64,000 nt of DNA from Methanothrix sp. (GCA_963682135.1 OY821645.1:2944001-3008000), one strand, 5' to 3'; shown: positions 17,892 to 28,202, numbered from the stretch's first letter. Numbers and translations: made by a program. The notes: generated by a model not told the origin, from the letters alone.

Positions 17892-18285
17892 TTTTCTCTT
17901 CTCCCTCTGACTTATCCTGAGCAATCTCAAGGATTATTATTTGTCTGGGATTATTTCTAAAGCATTTTTTTATGCAAAGGACTGGAGGCGGATAGTTGGA
18001 GGCCGCTGCCTATCCTTCCCTCCTCCTGTCCTCTGTGTCTGACACTCCACTTTGGCTGAGTTCATCTGTACGAATTTTCTCCCAGAGCCCTTCGTACAAT
18101 ACCATAGAGAGTACGGTTGGGACTAAATAGTCTTTCATCTTCTGTATTTTGTCTCAAGTGTTGTTTCTAAATTTGTTTCAAAAATTGAGAGTTAACAAGC
18201 TATATGTTTTAGAAAAATAGATAATAATCATCGGTATCATGGGATCAAGCAGATTATAATAGATGTCATGGTCTGGAGGTAAATT

Positions 18286-18654
18286 ATGAAACTACTTATA
18301 ATTGATGACGCTCCGGAGATGCTTAAAGCATTCAGGGACATACTCGAAGCCTATGGATGCGAGGTATACGTAGCGGAAAACGGTGAAGAAGGCCTGACCA
18401 GATATACAGAAGTTATGCCGGATGTCGTTCTAATGGATATATTGATGCCCAAGCTTGATGGCATAAGTGCTACTAAAAAAATTCTGGAGATGGACCCATC
18501 CGCGAAAATTATTGTTATCTCTGCTGTGGGAAAGAGTGGACTTGATAATGAATGCCTCCTTGCCGGCGCTAAGAAATTTATTATAAAACCATTTAAGATA
18601 AAAGAACTAATGAGCTCAATCAACTCGCTGGTGTCAATGAATGAAAGGAATTGA
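18286..18654 (+). CDS. Single-domain response regulator (CheY-like REC)
   Basis: IIDD, PDVVLMDILMPKLDG, ISA, FIIKPF. Confidence 0.95.
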   Translation: MKLLIIDDAPEMLKAFRDILEAYGCEVYVAENGEEGLTRYTEVMPDVVLMDILMPKLDGISATKKILEMDPSAKIIVISAVGKSGLDNECLLAGAKKFIIKPFKIKELMSSINSLVSMNERN

Positions 18655-19774
18655 ATCGGTAAGGGGGTATCAGGAAGAAATAATTGAGGCGATCCCCAGC
18701 ACCATCATTGTCGTAAATAGGAGCCTGGAGGTGCTTTACGCCAATAGGAATTATTATGCTAAATCAGTCGCGAAGCGGGAGAGGGATGTCTTGGGAGAGA
18801 GACTGTCCAGGGTAATTCCGTCTATGCTCATAGAAAAAACAGGAATTATTGATAAAATTCGAGAGGTTTTTCTTACCGGTGTTCCTTTTGATGGTGATCA
18901 GATCAGATATCCGGGCGGGATGTTCTATTTCTATAAAATATATCCTTTGAAGGAGGATGAAGAGTGCATAAGCAAGGTTGTAATCTTCATGGAGAACATC
19001 ACCGAGCTTACCCGACTGGAAGAGGAGCTTCGGGAATCTTATGTCAAGCTGGAGAATGCTTTTGCCGAGCTGAAAGAGAATGACGAAATCAAGTCTGAGT
19101 TCATCTCTACTGCCTCTCACGAACTCAGAACTCCCATAACCGTGATCAACAGTTACGTTGAGATGTTCGAGGGAGGGATGCTCGGCGAGCTTACTGGAGT
19201 TCAGCGGGAAAAGGTGGCGATCATAAGCTCGCAGATTGAGCATATGATTCGACTGGTAGAAGACATGCTTGATGTCTCTCGATTGGAGTCAAAGGCTCTC
19301 AAGATCAATAAATATCTTATCCGGGTCGATGATATAGCCAGAAAAGCTCTCGATGATCTGAGTCGTCTGGCCGGGCTAAAAGAGCAGTCTGTGTCTTTGA
19401 CCATAGAGGGAGAACCCCCTCTGGTGGAAGGCGATGATCGGAGAATCAAGCAGGTCTTCAATAACCTTCTTACGAATGCCATCAAGTACACTCCCAAAAA
19501 AGGAAAGATTGACGTAATAATTACCGATGAGCCGGAGGATATCTGTGTATCGATAATTGATAATGGTATGGGAGTTGCCAAGAAGGATCAACAGAGAATC
19601 TTTGAAAAATTCTATACAGGCAGCGGCAGCTCGCTGACCAGAGAATCAGGTCGTATGGGCCTTGGCCTGGCCATAGCCAAGGGAATAATTGAGGCTCATG
19701 AAGGACGCATTTGGGTAGCGAGCGAGGTTGGCAAGGGAAGCACATTTGTTTTCACATTGCCCAAAAAGCTATGA
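18641..19774 (+). CDS. Cytoplasmic PAS-domain sensor histidine kinase
   Basis: H-box SHELRTP, N-box NNLLTNAIKY, DNGMG, GLGLAI; N-terminal PAS-like domain; no TM segments. Confidence 0.95.
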   Translation: MKGIESVRGYQEEIIEAIPSTIIVVNRSLEVLYANRNYYAKSVAKRERDVLGERLSRVIPSMLIEKTGIIDKIREVFLTGVPFDGDQIRYPGGMFYFYKIYPLKEDEECISKVVIFMENITELTRLEEELRESYVKLENAFAELKENDEIKSEFISTASHELRTPITVINSYVEMFEGGMLGELTGVQREKVAIISSQIEHMIRLVEDMLDVSRLESKALKINKYLIRVDDIARKALDDLSRLAGLKEQSVSLTIEGEPPLVEGDDRRIKQVFNNLLTNAIKYTPKKGKIDVIITDEPEDICVSIIDNGMGVAKKDQQRIFEKFYTGSGSSLTRESGRMGLGLAIAKGIIEAHEGRIWVASEVGKGSTFVFTLPKKL

Positions 19775-20421
19775 TCAAAAATATTCTTGCCAGGCTCAAG
19801 ATCGCGCATGCAGTTGTGCCCACGACTGAACCCTTAAATAGTCATGTATGTCGCGATTTGACCAAAGGCTCCAGCTACCTGGTCAAGGAGCAAAAGGCAG
19901 AGGTTGGCTTCGAACTCTTTGTCTCTTTGGTAAAGGGAAGGTGCAAAGATTGCGATTATCTTGATTCTTTCCCCTGCGAGAGCATCGGTTGTGAAAAGTG
20001 CAAGTTGCCGTGCACCTGCAAAGTATGCAAGCATTCAAGGGCGCAGGGATTATGCTTTACAATGCATTCACCTCAGGATATCCGTTTGAGGTATGCTCTG
20101 CAAACTACTCCTATTTTCTGGATAAGCAATCATGGGACCCAGAGCATCAGCCCAATGGGCCTTGAGGTAATTGCTGATATTGTCATCAAGTTCTTGAAGC
20201 AAAGCAAGAATCCGGTAATTCTTCTGGACGGAATAGAGCATTTGATCTTCGAAAATGGCTCAGCGCCTGTGTTGAGGTTGCTGAGGGATATACAAGAGTT
20301 GATCATAATGCAGAGGGCCATTCTAATCGTGCCGGTAAATCCTGAGGCGATCGAGAAGAAAGAGCTGGCATTGATGGAACGAAATATGAGCGAGCTAAGG
20401 CAAAACACAATTGATGACTGA
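19771..20421 (+). CDS. DUF835 (inactive KaiC-like) protein with Cys-rich insert
   Basis: GSSYLVKE, PIFWIS, VILLDGIEHL..ENG..VLRLL..ELALMER; insert CKDC..C..CEKC..CTCKVC. Confidence 0.8.
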   Translation: MIKNILARLKIAHAVVPTTEPLNSHVCRDLTKGSSYLVKEQKAEVGFELFVSLVKGRCKDCDYLDSFPCESIGCEKCKLPCTCKVCKHSRAQGLCFTMHSPQDIRLRYALQTTPIFWISNHGTQSISPMGLEVIADIVIKFLKQSKNPVILLDGIEHLIFENGSAPVLRLLRDIQELIIMQRAILIVPVNPEAIEKKELALMERNMSELRQNTIDD

Positions 20422-20496
20422 AAGCCAGCGCTTAAGTGGACGAAAAAATTCTTATAGTTTGTACTGCTACGATTAATTGGAGTCATCATTAATCAC

Positions 20497-20868
20497 ATGA
20501 AAACATCGATCCAGAACTTCGAGGACCTCGGTGAATTCCAGGAGGATAACTGCAAAAAGTTCGTTGATAGAATCATCAAGACGAATCGCGAAGTTTTTAT
20601 GATGTCTTCCCTTATTGAAAAGCAAATGTGTGGTTATGATCTGATTAAAGAAATATTCTCGAAGTGTGATGTTTTTCTCAGCCAGGGAACCGTTTATCCC
20701 GTCTTATATACTCTCGAGGGAGAGGGATTGCTGCATGCCGAATATAGCAAGGGTGATATGAGAAGCAAAAATTACAGCCTTACGCTCAAGGGCAGAAAAA
20801 TCGCTGAAAAGGACATTGATGATTTCTCAAAAGCATTGGAGCAGGTATGCTTATTACTCAAGAGATGA
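20497..20868 (+). CDS. PadR-family winged-helix regulator (GvpE-like)
   Basis: GYDLIKEI..SQGTVYPVLYTLE.EGLL..K.YSLT.KG. Confidence 0.88.
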   Translation: MKTSIQNFEDLGEFQEDNCKKFVDRIIKTNREVFMMSSLIEKQMCGYDLIKEIFSKCDVFLSQGTVYPVLYTLEGEGLLHAEYSKGDMRSKNYSLTLKGRKIAEKDIDDFSKALEQVCLLLKR

Positions 20869-20872
20869 GTTG

Positions 20873-21565
20873 ATGCTGAAGAACACAATCAATGGCCTCG
20901 ATAAAATTCTCTTTGATGAAATCCCTAAGGGTTCAGTGATCCTTGTAACCGGTGCAGAAGGTACTCTGAAATCAGGCCTGGTATTCAGCATGATGGCCAA
21001 CTATTTTTCGGCGAATGATGAACATGGCCTCTATGTAACTTTAGAGCAAAATATAGAAAGTCATCTTAGAAACATGAATAGTCTGGGGATTAGAGAAGAG
21101 CCTGGTTTACATATATTTGACTACCGGGATATGCGGTTGGAGTGGATGGACAGCGAATTGGATCTCATAAGAACTACTGAGGAAGTCATCGATTCTTACA
21201 AAGAAAAGTATAACAACCTGACGTTATTTGCACTTGATTCTCTAAATGCCCTCTATTCCATCTCAGATCCTGGAAATATGAGGACGAAAATCTATAATTT
21301 CTTTTCGCATCTTCGAGATGAAGAGCTTACATCTTTCTTGATAATGGAGTCTGCCCAGTCGAGAATCTCTGGACAATTCTCCCAATTTCATCAAGTAGAG
21401 CATTTCCTGGCGGACGGAACAATTGAGCTCGGCATGATTGAAGGGAAAGGCGGCGTGAAAAGGTACATTCAAATCTTGAAAATGAGAGCCACAAAACACG
21501 CGATGGAAAAGCATCAGCTTATCATCGGCGATAATGGGCTGAATATTCTCGGTCCTATCTATTAA
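20873..21565 (+). CDS. KaiC/RAD55-family RecA-superfamily ATPase (GvpD-like)
   Basis: GLD...IPKGSVILVTGAEGTLKS, YVTLEQ, ALDSL, HFLADGTIEL, R.IQILKMR.T.H. Confidence 0.88.
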   Translation: MLKNTINGLDKILFDEIPKGSVILVTGAEGTLKSGLVFSMMANYFSANDEHGLYVTLEQNIESHLRNMNSLGIREEPGLHIFDYRDMRLEWMDSELDLIRTTEEVIDSYKEKYNNLTLFALDSLNALYSISDPGNMRTKIYNFFSHLRDEELTSFLIMESAQSRISGQFSQFHQVEHFLADGTIELGMIEGKGGVKRYIQILKMRATKHAMEKHQLIIGDNGLNILGPIY

Positions 21566-21570
21566 AAATT

Positions 21571-22011
21571 CTAGCGTTTCTCCTGCCGGGCTATGTTAGA
21601 TGCCAGATAATGAACTCTGAGCCTCGATTTCTTAAGCTGGAGCTCGGATGCCATTTTTTTATTGTACCATGCCCTGACAAATAGCGGCTCAATTTCTATT
21701 GCTCTATTATAGCAATCTATGGCATCTTTGTATTTTCCCTGTTTATATAATATATTGCCTTTTGTATTGTAGACATGTGCATTATTTGGATTGAGGCTGA
21801 TGGATCTATCGCAACACTGCATACTCATATCATGTTTTTTCTGGAAGTAAAGAATTTCTGCCTTTGCAGACCATGCTTCCCAGTTTTCCGGATCCTTCTC
21901 CAGTTCCCGTTCAACTACCATCAAGGCGCCGTCGATTCCTTCCGTGGACAATAGACGTAATGCTTTTTTGAAGGAATCATTTCCTTTTGCCCCATCGCAA
22001 GACATTACCAT
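21571..22011 (-). CDS. TPR repeat protein
   Basis: AWSAKAEILY.. / VYNTKGNILYKQGKYKDAIDCYNRAIEI. Confidence 0.85.
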   Translation of the reverse strand: MVMSCDGAKGNDSFKKALRLLSTEGIDGALMVVERELEKDPENWEAWSAKAEILYFQKKHDMSMQCCDRSISLNPNNAHVYNTKGNILYKQGKYKDAIDCYNRAIEIEPLFVRAWYNKKMASELQLKKSRLRVHYLASNIARQEKR

Positions 22012-22151
22012 CGAATGACTCCTTTTTTTAGTTGAATCTCCAAAAGGAAAATGTCTTTGGCCATATTAATAGACGATTGCGTCTCATATGTGCAAATCAA
22101 GCTACAAATCGATCACGATCGTTCATAGAAAATCTTGAAGGATAGGTTAGC

Positions 22152-22814
22152 TTACTTGAACACCTCTCCCGCTTCCTTATACCAGAGGAGAAGGTCAAGG
22201 TGACCCATGGGTATCTTCGCCTCCTGGGAAAAGGCGGTCATCTTTCTCTCAATCTCCAGGTAGATTCTTTTGGTTAGGGATGGAGGAACTTCATCTATCA
22301 CGCCCAGGAGAACAAGATTCTTAAGAATATGCCGATCTAATATGGCTAGATTCTCGCCCAGGCCAATGTTTCTCAGGAAATGGCTGGCTTCTTTGTATCC
22401 CAGGCCTTTGATATTTTGCACCAGCCATTCCCGGGCCGCTCTGGGATCGGAAAATCCTGCCAGCGTGGCTCTTAGAGATCTGGCGCAAAACATATTCCTG
22501 GCCAGGCAGATATACTCCCCTTTTCGCTGATGGAATCTGACGCCCCCCAGCTCCTGGGAAATTTGTGCCGGATCTGAGCTATTAATCATGCACTTCTCGC
22601 TGAGTCGTTCTACAGCCTTCCAGCAGGTCTTGGCCTTGGATTGAGGCGTGAGCAGGCAGAAGGCCAGCTCCAAGAAGAGCTCTTCATCCGTGGCCGTCTC
22701 CCAGATACGGCGGAAATCCATGAGTCTGGCCTCGATTTGCGGCTTTACGGGATTGTAATGCTTCATCAACTCCTCAACGGTGAGGGGGAAATTCTCTGTT
22801 TGCCGGTCCATCAT
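22152..22814 (-). CDS. ogg: 8-oxoguanine N-glycosylase/DNA lyase
   Basis: ELAFCLLTPQS, GLGYKEASHFLRNIG, AILDRHI, LDLLLWY. Confidence 0.93.
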   Translation of the reverse strand: MMDRQTENFPLTVEELMKHYNPVKPQIEARLMDFRRIWETATDEELFLELAFCLLTPQSKAKTCWKAVERLSEKCMINSSDPAQISQELGGVRFHQRKGEYICLARNMFCARSLRATLAGFSDPRAAREWLVQNIKGLGYKEASHFLRNIGLGENLAILDRHILKNLVLLGVIDEVPPSLTKRIYLEIERKMTAFSQEAKIPMGHLDLLLWYKEAGEVFK

Positions 22815-22897
22815 CCTTTCTAGTTCCTGGGAATATTAGGGCTTTTTGATCAGCAAAAAGCTCATAGCTTTTGGCATTCTAGCTGCTATCACCTTCC

Positions 22898-24901
22898 ATG
22901 ACGATACACTCATCAAATGCCGCAGGATCAGAACAGCGATTTCATCTTGTCTCTGCCTTTGCGCCCACCGGCTCACAGCCCCAGGCCATCGAAAAGCTCA
23001 TATCCGGCCTGCAGTCGGAAGAGCGGGCGAGCGAACATGCTGGCGCTGGCGTTGGCGGCAATTTTCAGACCCTTCTGGGTGTCACCGGCTCGGGCAAGAC
23101 CTACACCGTAGCCAATGTCATCGAAAAAGAGCAGCGTCCCACGTTGGTCATCGCCCACAACAAGACCCTGGCCGCCCAGCTCTATAACGAGTTTCGGGAG
23201 TTTTTTCCGGAAAACCGGGTGGAGTACTTTGTCTCTTACTACGATTACTACCAACCGGAATCCTACATCCCTTCCAAGGATCAGTACATCGAAAAGGACT
23301 CTCATATCAACCCCAAGATAGAGCAGATGAGGCTGGCAGCCACCGCTTCACTACTCTCGCGCAGAGATGTCATTGTCGTTGCCTCCGTCTCCTGCATCTA
23401 TGGTCTGGGCAACCCCGAAAACTTCCAGAAGATGGGCTTTGAGGTGAAGGTGGGAGAGCATATCTCCAGAAGAGAGATCCTGGGAAAGCTGGTAGACATT
23501 CTCTTTGAGAGAAACGACCTGGACCTCTCTCCCGGACGCTTCCGGTCGAAGGGCGATACCATCGATCTGGTCCCCGGATATATTAACAACATAATTAGAA
23601 TCGAGCTGTTCGGGGATCTGGTAGAGAGGATCTCTGAGGTTGACCGGCAGACAGGCCTTCTCGTTGAGGAAATGAATTATTTCTTCATCTATCCGGCACG
23701 CCATTATGTGATCCCTGAAGAGGAGCAGAATGCGGCCATAGAGACCATCCTGGCGGAACTGGAGGAGCGACTACCACAGCTCGGCATGATCGAAGCCCAT
23801 CGGCTCAAGCAACGCACTCTGCACGACATGGAGATGATCTCGGAGACGGGCAGCTGCAAGGGCATCGAGAACTATTCCCGCCACTTCGACCGCCGCCAGC
23901 CTGGCGAGGCACCCTACTGTTTGGTTGACTATTTTCCGGATGATTTTCTGCTGGTAATCGATGAGAGCCACCAGACCCTGCCACAGCTTCGGGCCATGTA
24001 CAACGGCGATCGCGCCCGAAAGAAGAGCCTGGTGGATTATGGCTTTCGCCTGCCCAGCAGCTACGACAACCGGCCATTGCGCTTTGAGGAGTTTGAGCAG
24101 CACATGAAGAATGTGATCTTTGTGTCTGCGACGCCGGCAGCTTACGAGCTGGAGCATTCCGCCCAGGTAGTGGAGCAGATCATCCGGCCCACCGGCCTGC
24201 TCGATCCCCTGGTGGAGATTCGGCCCATCGAGGGGCAGGTGAGGGATGTGATGACAAATATCCGCCTGGTAGTGGAGAAGGGCGACCGGGCGCTGGTGAC
24301 GACGCTTACCAAGCGCCTGGCGGAGGAACTCACTGACTTTCTGGCCCAAAATGAGATCAAGGCCCGCTACCTGCACTCCGATATCGACACCATGGAGAGA
24401 ACTGAGATCATCCGCGAGCTGCGCCTGGGCAAGTTCGATGTGCTGGTGGGAATCAACCTTCTCCGGGAGGGCCTAGACATCCCAGAGGTGGGCTTCATAG
24501 GCATTCTTGATGCCGACAAAGAGGGCTTTTTGCGAGACGAGAAGAGCCTCATCCAGACTATAGGAAGAGCATCGCGCAATGCCAACTCAAGGGTAGTTCT
24601 TTATGCGGACAGGATGACCGGATCCATCAGAGCCGCAATGCAGAAGACTGAGCAGAGGCGGGCCATGCAGATGGCCTACAACCAGGAGCACGGCCTTGTT
24701 CCTCGGACTATCAAGAAGCCCATCCGGGAGAAGGTGGTGGAGATTACCGATACCAGGCATATTCCAAAAGCAGACATCCCCAATGTGATCATCGAGCTGG
24801 AGGCGGAGATGCGGGCGGCGGCGGAGCGGCTGGAGTTTGAGAGGGCGATACAACTGCGGGATACGGCGAGAAGGCTGGAGAGGGAGATGAAATCAGAATA
24901 A
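22898..24901 (+). CDS. uvrB: Excinuclease ABC subunit B
   Basis: LLGVTGSGKT, YFVSYYDYYQPE, DESH, LLREGLDIPEV, C-terminal UVR domain. Confidence 0.98.
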   Translation: MTIHSSNAAGSEQRFHLVSAFAPTGSQPQAIEKLISGLQSEERASEHAGAGVGGNFQTLLGVTGSGKTYTVANVIEKEQRPTLVIAHNKTLAAQLYNEFREFFPENRVEYFVSYYDYYQPESYIPSKDQYIEKDSHINPKIEQMRLAATASLLSRRDVIVVASVSCIYGLGNPENFQKMGFEVKVGEHISRREILGKLVDILFERNDLDLSPGRFRSKGDTIDLVPGYINNIIRIELFGDLVERISEVDRQTGLLVEEMNYFFIYPARHYVIPEEEQNAAIETILAELEERLPQLGMIEAHRLKQRTLHDMEMISETGSCKGIENYSRHFDRRQPGEAPYCLVDYFPDDFLLVIDESHQTLPQLRAMYNGDRARKKSLVDYGFRLPSSYDNRPLRFEEFEQHMKNVIFVSATPAAYELEHSAQVVEQIIRPTGLLDPLVEIRPIEGQVRDVMTNIRLVVEKGDRALVTTLTKRLAEELTDFLAQNEIKARYLHSDIDTMERTEIIRELRLGKFDVLVGINLLREGLDIPEVGFIGILDADKEGFLRDEKSLIQTIGRASRNANSRVVLYADRMTGSIRAAMQKTEQRRAMQMAYNQEHGLVPRTIKKPIREKVVEITDTRHIPKADIPNVIIELEAEMRAAAERLEFERAIQLRDTARRLEREMKSE

Positions 24902-26323
24902 ATGGACGTCACCGAAAAATCAGGCGTTGAACTAGATCAAAAAGATCTGACCCGTGGCGTTTCCTTATTGATCGGAGACCCAAAAAAAGCCGTTTTGAAG
25001 CTCTCCGGCCCGATGATCGTAGCCATGCTGATTCTTGCTGCTTATAATCTGGTAAACGCCGTCTGGGTTTCAGGCCTGGGATCGGATGCCTTGGCAGCAG
25101 TAGGGTTCGTGAGCCCCATTTTCATGGTGGTGGTGGGCCTTTCCAATGGCCTGGGCGCTGGCGTATCTTCCTCCATATCTCGCAGAATTGGGGCTGCAGA
25201 TAAAAGTGGCGCCGACAATACGACCATGCATGCCATGCTCTTAATGATCATCGTATCCGTAATATTAACTGTCACCCTCCTTTATTTCTTAGAGCCGATG
25301 CTCCTGGTTATAGGTGCAGGGACGGCTCTTGACCTTGCCGTCCAATACGGCAACATAGTTTTTGCGGGAAGCATATTGATAGTCTTCACGAACACAGCAT
25401 ATGCGATTTTAAGGGGTGAGGGGGACGCAAAACGCACCATGTATGCCATGGGCGCGGGATCGTTGATCAATGCCATTTTAGACCCTATTCTGATATATTG
25501 GGCGGGCCTTGGAATCGCAGGAGCGGCATGGGGCACGATCATCTCCCTTTTTCTGGTTTCGGCAGTTCAAATTTACTGGCTGCTCATAAAGAAAGACACC
25601 TATGTTTCGCTCTCCAGGAAAGCCTTTGTCCCGAGCAGGGGCGTGATGTTGGATATTCTCAAGGTGGGAATTCCGGCAAGTATTGAGTTCCTCTTCTATT
25701 CCATAGATGCAGTCATCATCAATGCCATGCTGGTGAGAGTATCGGGAACTGATGCCGTGGCAGTCTACACCGCCGGATGGCGGGTGATCTTCGTGGCCCT
25801 GGTTCCCCTGATCGCCATCGCCACTGCGGAGATATCGGTTGCCGGGGCAGCCTTTGGAGCCAGGAGATACGACAGCCTGGCCATAATTCACAGCTATTCC
25901 ACCAAACTGGGGCTGGCCATTGGGCTGGCAACGGCCCTCATCACCGGGCTATTTGCTCCGCAGATAACGGCTCTCTTCACCTTCGGCCCGGAGAGCGCGC
26001 ACCTGGCGCCGACCATGGTGGCATTCATGCATGTCATGTGCCTCTTTTATCCCTTCGTCTCTCCGGGAATCATGTCCTCCAGCTTCTTCCAGGGGGCGGG
26101 CAAAGGTATGACCTCGCTCTTTCTAAATTTGCTAAGAGATGTGATCCTGGTAACCATGATGGCCTACTTGCTGGGAATGGTCCTGGGACTGGGCCAGGAG
26201 GGCATCTGGTGGGGGATAGTCTTCGGCAACATCAGCGGGAGCCTTTTAAGCTACTTGTGGGCCAAATTGTACATATCGCGGCTGATGAAGGATAAGGGGC
26301 TCTTCTCAGTGCGAAGAGATTAA
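24902..26323 (+). CDS. MATE family efflux transporter
   Basis: About 12 hydrophobic segments; LRGEGDAKR..NAILDPILIY..GIAGAAW. Confidence 0.93.
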   Translation: MDVTEKSGVELDQKDLTRGVSLLIGDPKKAVLKLSGPMIVAMLILAAYNLVNAVWVSGLGSDALAAVGFVSPIFMVVVGLSNGLGAGVSSSISRRIGAADKSGADNTTMHAMLLMIIVSVILTVTLLYFLEPMLLVIGAGTALDLAVQYGNIVFAGSILIVFTNTAYAILRGEGDAKRTMYAMGAGSLINAILDPILIYWAGLGIAGAAWGTIISLFLVSAVQIYWLLIKKDTYVSLSRKAFVPSRGVMLDILKVGIPASIEFLFYSIDAVIINAMLVRVSGTDAVAVYTAGWRVIFVALVPLIAIATAEISVAGAAFGARRYDSLAIIHSYSTKLGLAIGLATALITGLFAPQITALFTFGPESAHLAPTMVAFMHVMCLFYPFVSPGIMSSSFFQGAGKGMTSLFLNLLRDVILVTMMAYLLGMVLGLGQEGIWWGIVFGNISGSLLSYLWAKLYISRLMKDKGLFSVRRD

Positions 26324-26374
26324 TATCATAATGATGGGATAAGATTGCAGAATTCATGGAGATGTGATGCGGGC

Positions 26375-27703
26375 ATGATTACATCATTTTCCTTAAAGAA
26401 CTTCAAGAGCTACCGTGGGGCGGAGATGCCTTTAGCCACGCTTACCCTTTTTACAGGCCCGAATGCATCCGGCAAGAGCAATGCCTTGGAGGCAATTCGT
26501 CTCTTGTCTTTGCTCTCCAAAGGAACTCGTCTGGATGACATTGAAAAGGGAATTCATGGGGCAGGTGCCATCTTTCGTGGAGATCCGGAAAATTTCTTCC
26601 GCGATACTGGAATGGGATTTGAGATCGGCTGCCAGATCGATGGCATTGAAGGGGATTGGAATCGTCTCTCACTCCAAGTCGGCTTGATCTCAGATCATTT
26701 GGTCATCACAGATGAGTTTGTCTGGAAGATGTCCGAGCCTCTTCCTTTGTATCGTTTGGATGGACTGCCGTTTAATGAATGCATGGATGAGATCACTTCT
26801 GTACAGTATAATAATTTTAAACCTGAAAATAAGCCAAGAATTCCCTGCTCAAATCGACAGGCAATTTTTTTCCAGTTGGATACTCCGGCGCGTTTTTATG
26901 AAAAGGATATGGACTCCCAGAGGATTATTCCAGAGGTAGTTAGTGAAATTAGAAAGAACCTTCAGAATGTGATGTTCCTGGAGCCCCGGCCCGAGACGAT
27001 GCGTGATTACTCCTACTTCAAGGATGATGTAATGCAGGTGGGTGGAAGAAATCTCTCCAGCGTTCTGTTTAAGATTTGTAATGATCCATTCGGCAGAGAT
27101 GAGATGCTACAATTCGTTCTGTCCCTCCCGGAACAAGACATCACTGATATTAGATTCATCAGGACGGAGAAAAATGATGTCATGGTTCGGCTGGTGGAGT
27201 CCTTCGGCGGAAAGGAGGGCGTTTTTGATGCTCCGGTCCTCTCCGACGGTACACTGCGGGTCTTGGCGGTCGGGGCGACGCTGCTCTCTGCTCCCCATGG
27301 GTCTTTGGTCATCATCGAAGAGATCGACAATGGCGTTCATCCCAGCCGAGCTGAAAGCCTTATTTTGCAGATTAAAGGGATTGCTGAGGCTCGCAGTCTT
27401 CGAGTTCTTCTAACCTCCCACAATCCCGCCCTTCTCGATGCTCTTCCTGATGAATCTCTGGGCGATGTGCTCTGTTGCTACAGAGATCCGGAATTGGGAG
27501 ACAGCCGCATAGTGAGGCTTGGAGATCTCGATCGTTTCCCCGAGCTTATGGCTCAAGGCACATTAGGGGAATTGGTGACTCGGCAGATCCTGGATCGCTT
27601 CTTGAAGGATAAGACCACTCCAGAGGAGAGAAAGCAAGCGGCATTGTCCTGGCTTAAGGAACTCAAGAACGGGGTGAAGGATGAGTGCCATTTGCCTGAT
27701 TGA
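26375..27703 (+). CDS. ABC-type (AAA_21/AbiEii-like) ATPase
   Basis: NFKSY, Walker A GPNASGKSN, signature LSDGTLR, Walker B IIEEIDNGVHP, TSH. Confidence 0.9.
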   Translation: MITSFSLKNFKSYRGAEMPLATLTLFTGPNASGKSNALEAIRLLSLLSKGTRLDDIEKGIHGAGAIFRGDPENFFRDTGMGFEIGCQIDGIEGDWNRLSLQVGLISDHLVITDEFVWKMSEPLPLYRLDGLPFNECMDEITSVQYNNFKPENKPRIPCSNRQAIFFQLDTPARFYEKDMDSQRIIPEVVSEIRKNLQNVMFLEPRPETMRDYSYFKDDVMQVGGRNLSSVLFKICNDPFGRDEMLQFVLSLPEQDITDIRFIRTEKNDVMVRLVESFGGKEGVFDAPVLSDGTLRVLAVGATLLSAPHGSLVIIEEIDNGVHPSRAESLILQIKGIAEARSLRVLLTSHNPALLDALPDESLGDVLCCYRDPELGDSRIVRLGDLDRFPELMAQGTLGELVTRQILDRFLKDKTTPEERKQAALSWLKELKNGVKDECHLPD

Positions 27704-28141
27704 CACCTCCATTTTTTCGAGATTCTTGATGTTCCCAGAAAGGCTTGCGATCATGATCACGTGATCTCAGAGCTTCAGTCGAAGATAGAGAATGGCGAGT
27801 CGTTGTTTTTGCCAATGGCAACCATTCTGGAGACAGGAAATCATATCGCTCAAAATGGGGATGGAGGGCAGCGGCGATCTTGCGCTCATAAATTTGTCGT
27901 GCAAGTTCAGCAAGCACTCAACGGGCAGTCTCCTTTCAAGCCTATCAGCTTTCCTGAAAAGGAGCAGCTGTATCAATGGCTGATCGAATTTCCCGATTCC
28001 GTCATTCAAGGAAAAAGCCTGGGAGATTTATCTATAATCCACGATTTTAACAGGTTTAGCAGGCAAAATCCTAGGCGGGAGATTTACATCTGGTCCATGG
28101 ACGGCCATCTTTCATCCTTCCGCCAGCAAGCCAGATATTAA
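27681..28141 (+). pseudogene. PIN-domain protein, frameshifted at a T6 run (27712-27717)
   Basis: ATG 27681 gives MSAICLIDTSIF; one added base joins EILDVP..LPMATILETGNHI..SLGDLSII..IWSMDGHL, supplying the four PIN acidic residues. Confidence 0.7.
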
Positions 28142-28202
28142 TATTATACATCGACATTTATTATTGTGATTAGGTCTTTTTGTGCAAGCACCTCTTGCAC
28201 AA

